Shown piece by piece: positions 37,115 to 50,747 of a stretch of DNA of 64,000 nucleotides. Under the pieces are notes generated by a model. It ran no database searches. It was not told the DNA's origin and was given only the letters and a program-made list of their open reading frames with translations. How positions within the stretch are numbered: the first letter of the stretch is position 1; every line of letters starts with the position of its first letter. Source of the stretch: Callorhinchus milii (Eukaryota); NCBI RefSeq assembly GCF_018977255.1, contig NW_024704745.1, positions 7,254,001 to 7,318,000 on the forward strand, read 5' to 3'. A program made the position numbers and the translations under genes.

Positions 37115-38513
37115 TTCCTATTCTTAAAAAACCCTCCCTAGACCCTTCTCTATCCCTTCTCAGCTTCGCTCCTTCCTCTCCCACCACTCCCTTCTTGAAC
37201 TCCTCCAATCGGGTTTCCGTGTCGCCCACAGCACAGAAACCACCCTGGTCAAAAAAACAAATGAAATTCTGTCCATCTGCCACCAGGGTTCCCTCTGCCT
37301 CCTTGACCTCTCTGCTGCTTTTGACACCGTCGACCACTCTATCCTCATCCACCGCCTCTCCTCTCACCTCAACCTTCATGGCTCTGTCCTTGTCTGGTTC
37401 AGATTGTATCTCTTACACTGCCTCCACGTCATCTCCACAAACGGCTTCTCCTCTAGACCCGGACTGTCTCTTGCGGCGTTCCTCAAGGCTGTCATCGGTC
37501 CCCTCCTCTTCAATATCTATATGCTCCTTCTTGGTGACATCATCCACAGACATGGAGTCAACTTCCACATGTATGCGGATGACACCCAACTCTACCTCTC
37601 TGTCTTCACCCTTGACTCCAGGACCACTGCTGTCCTGAACTGAATGTCTGTCGGACATCAAGTCCTGGATGAGAGCTAATTTTCTTCAGTTGAACGTCAA
37701 CAAGACCGAGGCTCTCCTGATTGGCTCCAGTCAGCTTCTTCACACCTCAAGGACTGACAGCATCACCATACCTCAGGCACTGACAGCATTACCATCCATG
37801 GTTGCACACTCTACCTTGCTAAGCCAGTGCGGAACCTTGGGGTCTTGTTTGACCCTCAACCATCCTTTCTAACCCACATCTGCTTCATGACCCGCTCTGC
37901 CTTCCCCCACCTCCTCAACGTCGCCCGGCTCATCGAGGCTCGACTATGCAAACTCACTGCTTGTCAGCCTCCCCAACTCCTCCCTCCACAGGCTGCAAAG
38001 CATCCAGAACTTTTCAGCCCGTGTCCTCCCCTGCACAAGGCTCCGCGACCCTATTAGCCCCATCTTTGCTCAACTCCACTGGCTTCCTATTACACAGAGG
38101 ATACAGTTCAAGATCCTAGTCATCACCTTCAAAGCCCTCCATGGTCTTGCTCAACCCTATCTCTGCGACCTCCTGACCCCCTACCCTCCTGCTCTCTCCC
38201 TCCTCTCAGTGGGCTCCGTCCGGCCTGCTTCACAACCCTCGCCTTGCTTGCCCCACTATTGGCGGGCGGGCCTTCTGCCACTCTGCCCCCACCTTCTGGA
38301 ACTCCATCCCAGTCGCTCCTCTCGCCCCCTCCCTTGCCACCTTCAAGACCCATCTCAAGACTCTCTTCTTCGACCATGGTTTCGATCTCCCTGCTTTCCC
38401 CCCTGCCCTCCACCCTCCCCGCCCCCGAGCTCGGGTCCATAACTCTGTCTGTCCAGCGCCTTGGGACATCCTCCCGATGTGAAAGGGGCTTTACAAATGT
38501 AATTTTGTTGTTG
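37115..38513 (+). mobile_element. L2-clade LINE, decayed RT region through 3' tail
   Basis: Has [22 protein letters not shown] and [17 protein letters not shown]. It ends cagcgccttgggacatcctcccgatgtgaaagg..ttttgttgttgt. Many deletions and frameshifts. Confidence 0.9.
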
Positions 38514-39205
38514 TAAACTACTATAACTACTGCACTTCAAGAACAAATTACCAATTTTCCTTGTTCCCCCTCCAGTGTTCTGCTGGCAGGTACATTTAAT
38601 TATATCATTTCACACCCGTGAATGAGTATTGCAGAACCAGTTCCTGCAGCTTGGACTACAGCCCCTTTCAGAGAAGATGTAAGAAAATCTCTATACCGCT
38701 CGCTTTGTTCTCATACAATACACATCACCGCTCCTCTGACTTATTGCAAGTACAATGCACCCGCTCAGGTTTTACGACTGGAGGTGGGGGACAAAGCACA
38801 GACCTGAAGCTGGAGGCAATACAGTCCAGTACCTCAATCTGGTTAAGGTCAGCTGCCACCTATAGAGAATGCAGTTTCTGCTCTGACCCAGAGATAGGGA
38901 CCACGAGATAAAGGCACCAGTTTAGTGCATTTAGCAATCAGTTCGCTCATCCAGAAATGGCAACCAACTGTCTCTTACCAGTAATAGACTGTGGTATGTG
39001 TTCCGTTGATTTCAGATGCACACAGTCATGATGTGAATAAACTAATTTATCCGGTGGATTGTTGGCCAGGATTACAGGAGAAACTCCCTTCTCTTCTCTA
39101 ATCGACCATGGGTTCTCGAAGGTCCAACTGAACAGACAGAGGGGACCTCAGTTCCAAAGGATGGCAGCTCCTTCATTGCAACACTCCCCCAGTAATGCAC
39201 AAGAG

Positions 39206-39843
39206 CAGGAGTGTCAAACACACGGCCCATGTAGTGCTATTTGGTGGCCCATCCATTTATTTCTAAAATTGCATTGGAATATTGCAATCTTCCTCCCTCC
39301 ACAAAGTTGCTAAAATAGTGCTTGGCAATATCTGGGTTGCTATGTCCATAAGGTTCCGCAAAAAACTGCAGAGACAAAAAGGGGACTATTTTACTTTAAG
39401 GGACTATTAACATGTGCTTTAACACTTGGCCGCTGTGTTGCGAGTGGCCAGAGCTAAGGATGTACAGCCAGATATCAAGAAACTGGTGGGAGAAAAGACA
39501 TGCAAAGTGTCATTGAAAAGTAACTTTCATTAGGGTACTAAATGGCATTTACACAGCTTGCCGGTATTTTTTGTTTCAATTATGTTAAATACTTTATATT
39601 TTGGAATTTAAGTTAAATATTGACTTTGCATTATCTAATGAGACTTAGCAATAGCCTGCATATTGGAATTGTGCAGTGGGAGTAATGTTTTGTGCAAATC
39701 AGTATATTTGAAAAAATATTCACATAATCACAATAGACATTTTCAGGTAGAGTATTATGTGTAATCCTTTTTACGGTGCGGCCCACCGAGTAAACAGTGT
39801 CAACTTAATTAGCCCTTGCAGCCAGATGAGTTTGACACCCCTG
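39206..39843. mobile_element. Non-autonomous hAT DNA transposon (638 bp) nested in a minus-strand Deu-SINE
   Basis: TIRs CAGGAGTGTCAAAC / GTTTGACACCCCTG with subterminal GGCCC motifs. Flanks CACAAGAG / TGCTAGAG form a decayed 8-bp TSD. The host SINE continues on both sides (about 39030-39205 and 39844-39920). Confidence 0.8.
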
Positions 39844-41719
39844 TGCTAGAGTGTCAGCCTGGACCGTGAGCTAAAAGTCCCTACCTGTGGCTTAAAACCC
39901 ACAACTTTCTGACCCTGAGGCAGCAGAATAAGCCTATACCTGCAGTCTAGTGTTTAACAACTGGAATTGGAATTGCTGGGATTGCAGGTTGCTATAAACA
40001 CAATCGCTGCTATAGCAAATTAAAAACTGGGCTTGGACTGAATAGTGGTCATAGAGAGAGAAGCTTGTTTTTGATGTGTGAGTTAATATTCAAACCAGAG
40101 AATAGAAAAAAAATCCATAGTATCATTATGTTCAGTTTTCAATTACGGTTTGTTTTTATCTCCAATCGAATCGTCCATTCTAGCCACCAGCAATCGCTCA
40201 CTGTTAGAATTCATTACATTTAAGCCTTGGATAAATCTACAATGACTGAGAATTCCTCAGAAGGTAAAACAGCTGCCCTGTGAAAATTTGATTTTGTGGG
40301 AAATGCAAGATTTGATACTACGCATTCGCATGCCAAAGTGTCTTAAAGCACTTTGCACAGCAAGTTGCTCCTATGTGTGGTGACTTATGTGCACAAATGT
40401 GCTCATAGTCCAGGAATACATGCCATCCATGCCATAGTTGGGAGGGAGCGCTGCATCATCCTTCAGATGAGACACTGAACCAAAGTCCTGTCTTTACCCG
40501 TACAAGTAAGCGTTAAAATACCCTGTGACACTTTTGGAAAAGAGAAGGCAGTTTTTCCCAGAATCCTGGCCAATAATCCTCCAAATTAATTACCTTTGAA
40601 GCACTTTGAGGTATTGACATTTTTGTGCTGCATCAATGCATAGATAATTACAATAATCCTTGCATTTGATACAGCACCTTATCACATCATCAAAACATGT
40701 GAAAGCACTTCACAGGATTTACCATAACGTGTATTCACTGTGGATTCGTAGGCGAATGCAGCACAGCAATGTCCCACAAACAGCCGTGAAGTGAATGACC
40801 AATATTTTCTGGGGATTATTGCAAATGCAACAGCTAATCTGGACCAGCAATGCTCTAAGAACTACAATGTGATCATTAACCATTTAATCCTTTTCTGGAT
40901 GATTTGGTAGGAGGAATATTGCCAGGAAGCAGGAAAAAAAACGCTCTTTGAAATATCATGAGATCTTTAATGTTCACCTGAATTATCAGAAAGTTGGCGC
41001 CTCAGTTTTAACCCCTCATCTAAAGGATGGCACTTTCAACAAAAATTTGCATTTATTTATAGAGCACCCTTCACACAGGATAGTGTCTTGAAGCTCTGAA
41101 CAGTGTTGAGATTGGATGTCGATCAAGGGAGAAGGGGAAGGGAGGTCACTAAAGGCGTGGTTGAAGAGGTAAATCTTAAAGTGGGATTTAAAGATAGAGG
41201 GGGCAAGGTGGAGGGATTGAGGCATGTAATATCAGTTGGCAATGTAGGATATTGGAGAAAGCCTATTTGTTTCCCATGGCAAGTTTTACAATTGTTCATG
41301 TAATGACTGAGATGATCACATATATATATATATGGATCAACATTTTTAAGGATTTTCATTTTTTCAGTCACCTCCAGATTTCAACAGACCAACGCTCAAG
41401 TCATCACTTCACTGTTTAATGCATTCCTCTTGAACACTGTCTAATATTGTGTGGTGCACTCCAGAATTACTTTGCAGAGCAAAAAAAACCCACATAATTT
41501 GAACGCAGTGTAATCCAATGATATGCTAAAGGTCAGCCAGAAAGGAAAATCAATGCAATACTGTGCCTCTATTATTTGTGCTTACAACAAGATGGCACTG
41601 ACGTACAAGACCAGGAAAGCCACAGCTTCACTTCCTGATCTGTGCCCGCCAAGGACACCAAAGGAAAAAATGTTTGCCTTAGCTTTCCAGTATCCACATC
41701 CCCTCGGAACATGGAGACA

Positions 41720-42050
41720 GGAAGTTGCCTTTCAGACCATCAGCCCGTCCCACCACTCTTTGATCATGTCAGATCCTTTAATTCTATTTTCCTGCATTTT
41801 CGCCATAATTTCTTACTTCCCAAGAATTTATCACCTCCCTTTTTAAACATTCCACTGAATCCACTGTGAAGTCGTCTGGAGCTGTGACTTTCACATTCTC
41901 ACCCTCTGTGTGACCAACTGTTTTCTTACCAGAGTGCAGAGCCATCTTGTTATAATAATCTACAGCTTGTAATTTTCCTTCATTATTGCGAACACTTCAA
42001 TCAGATCACTGCCTAAACCGCCACAGTTCTAAGGAAAATAATTCAAACCA
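41720..42050 (-). mobile_element. CR1 3' fragment
   Basis: accatcagcccgtc..ccctttttaaacat..ttcacattctcaccctctgtgtga..ttcaatcagatcac, the same pattern as 4720-5198. Confidence 0.55.
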
Positions 42051-44974
42051 AGCCAATGTAAATATCCGGCTATCCTTGCTAGAAGTGGGTGTGCATTAAC
42101 GTCAGGCTAGGATAGGATTGAGTGGCCATATATAAACAATGGCCATATTATCGAAATACCAGAAATCTGGCAACTTCAGACCGGTATCCAATTGGACGAG
42201 CTATCTTCAAGATAGGGCAGATAAAAAGAGAAACGAGAATGGAGTGGGGGAATGCAATGAATTGGATTAACTAAAGAAGTGTAGAATCAGATGCAGTGCA
42301 GGTAAGATTTAAGTGAACATTTGTTAATACTGAATGATGGCTGTCAAACCCTAAGAATTTACAATCAACAACAATGTCCGTCACTTGATACTGGGCAAAT
42401 GTCAACTTCTTACTTTATCAGCCCTGTAAAGGAAGTTCATGCGATGTTTGTTCCTACAGCAAGATATATGGAGGGGGGTGGGGTGAGCAAATTTTTCATG
42501 GGGGAGCGGGGGTGTCAAATGCCGCAAGATTCTTCTTATGTACAGCACAATGTATCCTCCAAAACCACCACCATTGCCAGCACTACTAACAAGTAACTAC
42601 AGGTCTGTAAAGTCTGTGAGGGAATACAATGTAGAACTTGTCAATCACCGGACTCTTGTTTTCCCATTAAAAAGAATATTGACAGAGCAGAGCAAAAGTT
42701 CTCTGAATACTGTACGCAATGCGACACTCCTACTTAGGGCTATTTCTCTCAGTCTGATAAGCAGAAGGACTTCACCCTTTATCCCAAGAATTTTTACTCA
42801 AGTCACAAGCGAGGAAGCTTATCAAGTGCTTTATGAAGCACTTGATAAGTTCAGAAAGTGCATCCAGTGCACAAGCACATTATCAAAACAGGTAACAGAC
42901 ATACACAAAGGTGCCGGAAACATTTTATTTTACCCCCACCTCCCTCCCCAAAACACACCCTTATGATTGCTTTTGGTTTGTATATTTTTAAACAATTGTA
43001 GAATCAGACAGTAACTATCACACACAATAACTACTCAGATACAATAACTAATTCTTGCATTAAGTGCTTGTAACAACAACGTGAATTCATGTGGTGCCTT
43101 TCATGCGGGGTAACATCTTGGGAGCAGTGGTGGAGTTTGACGCCGAGCCAGGGAGAGGGGGGAAGGTGACCGTAGGCACGGTCAAAGAGGAAAGTCTTCA
43201 GCAACAATAAAAAATTACATTTGTAAAGCGCGTTTCACGTCGGGTGGACATCCCAAGGTGTGATCTGAAGATGGACAGGGAGGGAAAAAGAGGAGGGATT
43301 GAGCAGAGTTCCAGAGTAACATCTCAGGGAGCTTTATGGGGAACTATCCCCAAGTGTAGCAACTACGTATTTCTTGACAAACGAGCCAGCTAATGCCCCA
43401 CAAACAGCCATGAAATGAAAGTCCAATTCATCTGGAGGATTGCTAGGCAGGACGATGGGAGAAACTCCTTTCCCTTTTCAAATAGTGTCCAAGGATCGAC
43501 CTGGAACTCCCTCCCCAAATCCTTCCGCTTGTATCCTGTTCACCCGCTTTCAAAACTTTTTGAAAAACCCACCTCTTCCCACTCTGTTCGGTGATCCACA
43601 CTGTCCCCTTAAAGCGCTTTGGGATGGTTCTCTCCTTAAAAGGCACGAACGATACAAATACAAGGTGTTGATTTTGATGGCCATTACAAATTCAGCTTTC
43701 CTACTGAAACACACGATGGAAATTCACTGCGATTGTTTTTTCTATCTAAAAAGGAAACGAAAATGAACATGAAACTGGAGCAATTCAAAACCAAGTTAAC
43801 TCTGAAAGATGCTAAATAGCAAAATTCATTGAGATTCTTTGAGGTCTTAAACAATCATTTGAGGGCGGGTGTAATTTATTTCTTCCTGCCTGAACAAAAA
43901 TTCAAACGAATGATAAAAGGTTTCGTTTTGCAACAAGCCTGACCAAGTATTGCTAGTAATCCTTGGAATGTTCTCATCCTGCCAACCATGTTGTGCTCAG
44001 TGGCGCGACAAAGTGGATTCACGGGTCTCGGAGGTTTAAAGTAATTGATTTTGAAGCATCATGTGACGTTGCGAAAGCACAGTTGAAAGTGTAATTCCAT
44101 CTCACGTATCCCAGACGACTCCGATTCCGCCTTTGTCTTCAAAGAGACAGAACTCCTATCTATTCACTGCTGTAGTCCAAAACCGGCTCACAAAAAAATA
44201 AACACTCGCCTATCAAGAACAATTAATTTACAATCTTTTATGTTTAAAATAATTGGGATTATTGTAGATAAGTATGCCCATTTCTCCGGAAACAGGGTTA
44301 ATCAGGCCTGAAACCACTACATATATTTTATCAATATCATACAAACTTATATGTACAGTATAATGCCTTTCACATCAGTAGCTCTCAAAGTGCTTATACA
44401 ATCACCCGCTGCTCTCTTTAACCTGCCCCCAAACTTTTGGAAATGGAATAAAGACGCACTTTACACACTTTATAGATTTATCAAGCTAAAGCTGCTGCAA
44501 AATAGCTCAATGTTTAAAATATAACATACTCCTCGACATTAAAATGGCTGACAGGGAGCATCCTAATGAAATGGAGAGACAATGAGATACTCAGCTGAGC
44601 ACACAAGGCTAACCAGAGTCAAGAAAATTATATTCAAATGGCTTTAATTAACTCCTTCACCGACAAAAGGTTGCACACACAATGCAATGTGGAGGAGGAG
44701 ATTCTTCCCTCCGAGGACCACGATAACAAGTGTTTCAGCAATTCAACTGATGATTTCTCATGAGGGAGCACTGCATTATTGGCAAAGCTTTGATTAGACA
44801 TTGAACGGAGGTCCCATATGCCTGTTATTCGGTGAAGATTAAAGATTTTTCAATACTGTTGGTTAATACTGGGGAATTCCTCAACACTCCAGATAAGTAA
44901 AAACATTTTTTCATTTCATGGCCAGTTGTGGGACCTACTGGGTGCAAATTGGCTGCCACATTTGACCAGAATCA

Positions 44975-45570
44975 TAACAAACTGGGTGAGGATGAGGGTA
45001 ATCGGCTCACGGAATTTGGTGCGGGAGAGGACATGAGCTGCAGAGTTCTGAATATCTCACAACTTGTGGTCAAAAGAGTTGGGAAGTCCGGCAAGCAGGG
45101 AGTTAGCAGAGCCAAGGCTGGACGTAATGAAATCGTGGATGAAGGAGAGATAGATGAGGGAAAAGTTGCAGCAGTGGGGAAAGGCAGAAGGGGTAATGGT
45201 GTGGGGCTTAAAAGACAGTTGGGGGTTGAACAGGACACCAAGGTCCATACTGTCTCAGTGAAATGGAGAGCGAGTCCATGAATAGTGATGCTTTCAGCGC
45301 CTGAGATGAGGAGTGCTGACGGGACCACCAGAGGCCCGTGGTCTTGTTGACATTCAACTGAAGAAAATTGGCTTTCATCCAAGCCTTGATGTCTGACAGA
45401 CACTCTGTCAGGATAGCAGTGGCCCTCGAGTCAAGGGTGGAGGGAAGAGATAGGAGTTTGGTGTCATCCTGTAAACATGTGAAAGTTAACCCCATACTCG
45501 TGGATGATATCACTAAGCCTGAGCATGTAAATATTAAAGAGAGGACCAAGGATGGAGCGCTGGGGAACGC
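44975..45570 (-). mobile_element. L2 RT fragment
   Basis: [27 protein letters not shown] and DLGVLFNPQLSF, spread across shifted frames. Confidence 0.85.
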
Positions 45571-46834
45571 TGCATGTCTAATTTAAGTCACTACACTTGG
45601 CAGCAATTACATGGAATGGTTTTGAAGTGTTTTCATGATGAAGATTCAGAGGAGATTTACTAGAATGATACTGGAGATGAATGCTTTTGACTTACCTACA
45701 AGCAGAGTTTGAAAGAACTGGATCTATTTTCACTGGAACAAAGAAAGCTGAGGGAAGATCTGATAGAAGTCTTTAAAATTAAGAGGGGTTTTGAAAGAGT
45801 CATTAGGGAGCAAAGGAGGAGATAAAGAGGATTTTTTTTACAGAGTTGTTAATGCCCCTCTGGGTGTAATCCTTGAGGCAGGATCCACATAAAGAGGAAA
45901 CTAGATAGATATCTATAAAAGGGTACTTTGTAGGGCTGTGGACAAAGGGCAGGTAAATGGGATTGAATGTATTCCTCTTTCAAAGAGTATAGCACAAATG
46001 CGATACGACAGATGGCCTTCTGTACTGTGAATTTCTATGGTTTTATAGCTCTGACATTTTAGGCACAATATCAAGTGCATTATTAAATGTGCATGTGCGC
46101 AAATCAGGCAAAAACAAGATTGTTATTCTTTTTCGCCAACGCTTTTTTCCCCTATTTGAAAGAATGTATTTGTTGAAGTGGGACAAAAACAAGACTGGGC
46201 TCGACTGCAAACGTCTCCAGTAGGCAAGCAGCCTGCCAACCCAAGGAGTAAACATGGGCGATGAAGAAAAGAGCTGCTAACAAGAGCTAGAGAATAACTT
46301 GAAAGACCAGCTTCTTGGGTATAAGTACATCTCAGGGTGCTTGCGCAGACATCAATTGATCACTGCCAGATGGATGCTGAAGCTGCTCTATCGGAAGAGC
46401 ATAGCAGGTAGAATTATATACCACTGCCAATCTTCAGTGCTGAAAATATATATATTTTTTAAATACAACAAATTTCCACGACCTTTCCTCAAAAAATCAT
46501 GACTGGGTTGGATGAAGGTACTTTGGGCCATTTTATCTCACCCTTCCAGAAATATGCACCGTTGTCTTCTTGTCTCAGCAGCAAGCTGCTTTTGAAGAGA
46601 GTCCAGCGTCCTAGCCTCAACCATCCTTCCTAGCAACTTGTACCAGTCGTTAATTACCCCGAGTAAAGACAACCTTCCTGATGTCTGTCCTGAAATTGCC
46701 CTTTACAACTGTAAACCTGTGTCCTCTTGTTCTACTGTATTGGTGGTTTCACCTCTACACATACCAGGCAGAAGCAAAAATAATTTATATTTATGTACCT
46801 CCTATCACATTTGAAAAACATCTTATATGCCTCA

Positions 46835-47215
46835 GGGAAACACCCAGAGATGTTGTGAATGGCAGAGGTAACCACACAGAGATCTCCCAGAGATTCATGA
46901 GACAGTGTGCAGCAGAGGTTATGAATGTAGCAAATATCGGGAGATACTCGGAGACAGACTATCTACAGCAGAGGATATCAACAAAGGGAACATCTATAGA
47001 TGCCCTGAAATAGCCAATGCACAACAAAGGATAAACACAGAGAATAACAATATTAGATACCCTGAGACAGACCATGCACAACAGGTGATATTAACATAAG
47101 AAACATCTACGGCCCTGAGTCAGACTCAGGGCCATAGACGCCACTGTGTGGCAGAGGTTATCGATGGAGAGAGGAACCAAAGATGTTCCGACAGTGACAG
47201 TGCATGGCAGATATA
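46835..47215 (+). repeat. Degenerate minisatellite, unit about 56 bp, about 7 copies
   Basis: A GCAGAGG-like anchor occurs at 46862, 46912, 46968, 47024, 47081, 47151 and 47207. The unit is roughly AGATNCCCTGAGACAGACCATGCACAGCAGAGGATATCAACA. Confidence 0.7.
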
Positions 47216-49149
47216 GGCATTACCAGCAATAGTATCAATAACGTCAGAACGTCTCACTCACACGAAGCAGCTTGAGAATGCAATGATCCAGGAAAAACCA
47301 AAAAGCAGAGAGGGCATAGGGAATCAGGAAAGGAGCAAATCATGTGCTTGGATGATAGTTTTCAGGAAATGCTTCAGTGAATACCTTATGCACAGTCACA
47401 CATCCAACTACATAGACTTGGCAAACACAATACTTTTGGAGTTAATGCAGAAGAATCAGACAGGTTTTTTGGAAAGCTTAAAATATTGCTTGGTTTTGCA
47501 GAAAGTTTAGAATGGGAGAAACCGCTCTCACTGGCAAGTGCCGTGATCACATTGCGGATGAAGGGGCCGACACTCTACTGTTGTTCACGTGGCTAAAACG
47601 TCACTACCACTCGATTAAGCACCATATAGGGCCAAAGCCACAGAGGGGTCACACATGCCTAGTTAATGACCGCGGTACCAAGTTTTTCTAGGTTTCATTT
47701 TAGATCAAGATGGACAATGGTTACCCATTGCAGGAAGAACTTTCATTTCTATAGCATAAGGCGAATGACCAGTTTATCTTGACACCAGGAGAAACTCATA
47801 TCTCTTTTAACGATCACCCAAACAGGTAGATTGTACCTCAGAATTCACATCTCTTTCCAAAGACAGCACCTCCAACAATGCAGTGCTCCCACAGTACTGT
47901 ATTAAAGAACCAGTCTGGGCTGTGGGCTAACGTCCCAGCGCGGGGCTTGAACGTATAAACTTTCTGACTCGGAGCCGAGGGAGATACCAAGTGATTTAAC
48001 TGAAAGGCATGGGAGAGCAGATAGAGTACATCCAATGACGACTCTGTCATTTTCAGCAGGAAAATCTATTCAACCACTTTAAAATATTAAAATGTAGGTC
48101 ACTGCAGTCCAGAAAATCTGGTTATGTTTTGGAGATAGCAAATCGATAGGTTTGTTAAAGAACTGTACACAATTTAAAAAATGTTCCAGTGTCTTTAGAC
48201 TAAGCTTGAGACCCAATCTGAAATCAAACACAAAGCCTTGGCAATTTGAATCAAGGGAAGAATCTCATTTGAGGGTTCAAGGGCAGTGAGACATAAGCTC
48301 AGCTAACGCAGCACTTTCTTTGTCAGGGGCTACCTACTGTGGAGGTAGACGAGAAAGGTAGAACCACAGAATTTTACAGGATGCCTTTCAGTCCATCATA
48401 CCCATTCTGTCTCTGAAAATGCTATCCTTTTAGTTCCAAGTCCTCACTCTTTCCTCACGCACTTCTGTATTTTTCTTCTTCAAATATATCTTTTTTTCTA
48501 GGATAATACCAAGGATAAGTGATTGGACCTCTGAGCAGATACAAAATTGGCCTATTTTCATTGCAACAGGGAAGACTGAGGGGAGACCTGATTGAGGTCT
48601 TCAAAAGGCTAAGGGAATTTGAGCAGAGTTGATCGGGAGAAATTATTTTTTACTAGTCGGTAAGTCAGTGACTAGAGGACACAATTTAAGATAGTTAGCA
48701 AAGATGCAAAGGGACAAGGAGGATTTTTCTTAAATATACAGACTTGTTGGCAAGCAGAATGTGGTCAAGGCACATTTTAGCTTTCATGAGAAAATCAAAT
48801 AGATATCTGAATAGTAATTTGCAGAGGTCAGTGGCAGGTAAATGACACTGAATGAATTGCTTTTTAAAAGAGCCAGCACAGGTACAATGGGTCGAATGTC
48901 CTTCTTCTGTAATGTAAATTTCCATGGTTCACTTTTTGAAAAAGACTGATGCAGCGTTTTTGGTGGGGTATTCCATGTTCTGACAATTCTCCGTACACCC
49001 TTTGTTTTAAAATTAACCAGAGCAATCCAAAAGGTCTAACTGATCAATCAAACAGGTCTAAAAACAACTCTCACCAGTAATTAAATTATGCCATTAGCAT
49101 TAATCTTTAAATTGGATACTTAAGATTTAATGAGTAGAACTTGGGGTAA

Positions 49150-49478
49150 CAATGTGGTAAATCCGCCAAGCATGAGTTTGATTTCCAGGCAGGGCGAAAC
49201 CTTAGGCAAGTTTCCTTACTCCACATGCCTCTCTTTACCTAGCAGTAAGTAGGACCCAGTTGTTAGACAATAGGCAGAACAGTTTCCGAGGATAATAATC
49301 CCTTAAAAAAAACATGTGGTCACTCAATCCACAACTGTTTGTGGGACACTGCTTTGCCCAATTGGCTGCCGAGTTTCGCCCACAACATGTACACTTTACA
49401 GTATATTCTACAAAGTGCTTTAAGACATTTCAATGACTTGATAAGGCAGTATATCAAATGCAAGCATTATTATTATTA
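49150..49478 (+). mobile_element. Second SINE family copy (decayed head)
   Basis: ggcgaaaccttaggcaagtttccttactccacatgcc..tttacctagcagtaagtagga..tgtttgtgggacactgc..atcaaatgcaagcattattattatt. Confidence 0.75.
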
Positions 49479-50695
49479 AGCAAGCTTTACTCTTCTAAGG
49501 TCTTGCTAGACTCATTATAGCGCGACTATCTCAAAGTAATAACAGGATGTGGACCAGACAAAACAGATCAAAAAATTATTCTTCCTTATAGCACTTAGAT
49601 AACAGTGGCAGAAAAAGATTCTCGGATGTTGAATATGCTTTGCAGACCAGTAAGATATTAATTTCAGGCAATTCTCACCTTGACACATTGACTACTTTCC
49701 TTCGAAAGAATTGATTTTAAAGTTCAACAAGTATGAAGCATTGTAACAGATCAAGAGCTCTACGTTTGACTCCTTTTCACATCTACTTAAACTGATTCAC
49801 CACATTCCTTCCTCACCAACCCCCTCATGATCCTCCCGAGGTCTCCTTCTACACCATTTTATACATCGCTAGATTAAAAGAACACTTTCTCCACTTGAAT
49901 GGGCAATTTAGATGTGCATGCAGCTCTGTTCGATCATTTCCTCCTCCCAGGTAACAGAAATGGTTTCAGTTCAATTGTATTAGGAATCATAATAGACAAA
50001 AGAGTAGCAAGCCTGCACCAGTGTTGCCCAGTCACAGGAGGTGGTATCAACTTACTAAAGAGTAATCATTCATTACATTGAGAAATAACTTGTAACTCTT
50101 TGTAGTGCTTGATGATTTCAAAATATATAAGCCCTTTGCTTACAGAAACAGTCAACAGAAACACTTGACTGTAATTATTGCAAAGGTAGCAGCCATTTTG
50201 GGTTCACCAAGATCTCACAAACAACCACGTGGTGAGTGACCAATGTATCTAGAGGATTGTTAGCCAGGACACTGAGAAGATTCCCCTTCTCCTTAGAATA
50301 CTGTCCATTGGATCTTTAACACCCAGCTAAAGAACAGCAAGAAAGGACCTCGGTAGAACATCTCTCTTTCGAAGAATGACGCAGTGGAGTGCACTAGTGT
50401 GTCGGCTTAGACTTCGAGCCAGGGTCCTGACGTTAAGCCAACAAGATTGTTCATTTTGCCCCCTCACATGTGGAGACGAGCGTCGAATGTCAGTTTTCCC
50501 TCGTTCGGACTGTTTCAATACATGCACCTGAAGAAAATTCCTTAAGAATTACTTTCTCCATGCACTGGGCTGCTCAATCGCAAATTCTAATTTTCTCTAA
50601 TGTAGTAAGTGGGTCAATGTAGCTTCCTGAAGCATAACAAAATCACAAAAATTGAATTTATGCAATTAAGTTCTTAGGCATAATTCTCACCACTC

Positions 50696-50747
50696 TGTAT
50701 GTGTGTGTGTATATACATATGCATATATATATACACACACACATACA
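50696..50747. repeat. Alternating purine-pyrimidine palindromic microsatellite
   Basis: TGTATGTGTGTGTGTATATA (50696-50715) is the exact reverse complement of 50728-50747. Confidence 0.85.

Noticed and set aside
46835-47215. Periodic array as a CRISPR-like or coding repeat
   Set aside because: The context is a vertebrate intron, the whole unit is degenerate rather than repeat plus unique spacer, there are no cas genes, and the period is not a multiple of 3.
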